Below, piece after piece: positions 63,274 to 64,000 of a stretch of DNA of 64,000 bases. The stretch is from Sedimentisphaerales bacterium. GTDB taxonomy: Bacteria; Planctomycetota; Phycisphaerae; Sedimentisphaerales; Anaerobacaceae. Both the position numbers and the translations under genes were made by a program. Each line of letters begins with the position of its first letter. Position 1 is the first letter of the stretch. The stretch is from NCBI GenBank assembly GCA_963708075.1, contig OY970194.1:1024001-1088000 (forward strand), given 5' to 3'. The notes below the pieces were generated by a model. It was not told where the DNA came from. It saw nothing but the letters and a program-made list of their open reading frames with translations, and did no database searches.

Positions 63274-64000
63274 ATGACTGTAAGCTTGCGGGGTGTTGTG
63301 CTTGCCGGGGGCACCGGGTCGCGCCTTCGTCCCCTGACGAAGGTGACGAACAAGCATCTGCTGCCGGTCGGGTGCAAGCCGATGATCTATTACCCAATCG
63401 AGAAGCTGACGGCGGTCGGCATGGAGGAGATTCTGATTGTCACCGGTGTCGAGCACATGGGTGATGTCGTGGGTCTCCTGGGCTCAGGCCGGGAGTTTGG
63501 CTGCCGGTTCACCTACAAAGTGCAGGATGAGGCGGGGGGGATCGCCCAGGCGCTCGGCCTGGCGGAGAACTTTGCCAATGGCGGGGCCATCGCGGTGATT
63601 CTGGGCGACAACATCTTTCAGACCAGCCTGAAAGGATATGCCCGACGGTTCCTGGACCAGGGCACTGGGGCGCGGATGCTGCTCAAACAGGTGTCCGATC
63701 CTTCGCGATTCGGCGTGGCCGAGATTCGAGACGGCAAGGTCCTCGGCATCGAGGAAAAGCCCAAAGCCCCGAAGTCGGATTACGCGGTCACAGGCATCTA
63801 CTTCTTCGATGGCTCCGTTTTCGATGTCATCCGGACGTTGAAACCCTCCGGCCGGGGCGAGCTTGAAATCACCGATGTGAACAACTACTATGTCCACAAG
63901 GGACAGATGGGCTGTGACGTTCTGGAGGGCTGGTGGACGGATGCCGGAACGTTCGAATCCCTCATACGGGCCAATGAGCTGGTCGTTAAGGAACCCCCGG
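63274..64000 (+). CDS. Glucose-1-phosphate thymidylyltransferase (RmlA/SpsI-like), runs off the window end
   Basis: Manual translation: MTVSLRGVVLAGGTGSRLRPLTKVTNKHLLPVG...VILGDN...EEKP...GRGELEITD...WTDAGT. Confidence 0.92.
   Translation, partial: MTVSLRGVVLAGGTGSRLRPLTKVTNKHLLPVGCKPMIYYPIEKLTAVGMEEILIVTGVEHMGDVVGLLGSGREFGCRFTYKVQDEAGGIAQALGLAENFANGGAIAVILGDNIFQTSLKGYARRFLDQGTGARMLLKQVSDPSRFGVAEIRDGKVLGIEEKPKAPKSDYAVTGIYFFDGSVFDVIRTLKPSGRGELEITDVNNYYVHKGQMGCDVLEGWWTDAGTFESLIRANELVVKEPP

Overview
GC-rich bacterial chromosome segment. The gene content (paralogous Tat-exported Gfo/Idh/MocA oxidoreductases, PQQ-like beta-propeller, LamG/discoidin multidomain protein, DPN-rich linkers, waaA) suggests a Planctomycetota genome, probably Phycisphaerae/Sedimentisphaerales; this is inference. 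Most of the window encodes exported carbohydrate-active and redox enzymes, envelope genes (MMPL + MlaC-like, lipoprotein + AsmA-like, waaA, acyltransferase, rmlA-like) and housekeeping enzymes (deoC, homocysteine S-methyltransferase). A tRNA-Arg(CCG) is followed by one IS256 and two abutting IS630 elements. At least eight single-base frameshifts interrupt otherwise intact genes, most likely assembly indels. The most unusual elements are: (i) a stand-alone TIR/SEFIR-STAND NTPase-TPR (NLR-like) gene at 25.2-28.3 kb; (ii) a secreted protein of seven PPC domains plus a LamG-like tip, with no catalytic domain, preceded by a ~365-nt highly structured leader that I cannot assign to a known riboswitch; (iii) an unannotated 22-aa hydrophobic peptide ORF behind a perfect TTGACA-17-TATAAT promoter with a coupled leaderless mini-ORF, resembling a type I toxin or small membrane protein. 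No CRISPR array, rRNA, prophage or integrase was seen. All domain calls come from motif recognition, not database searches.
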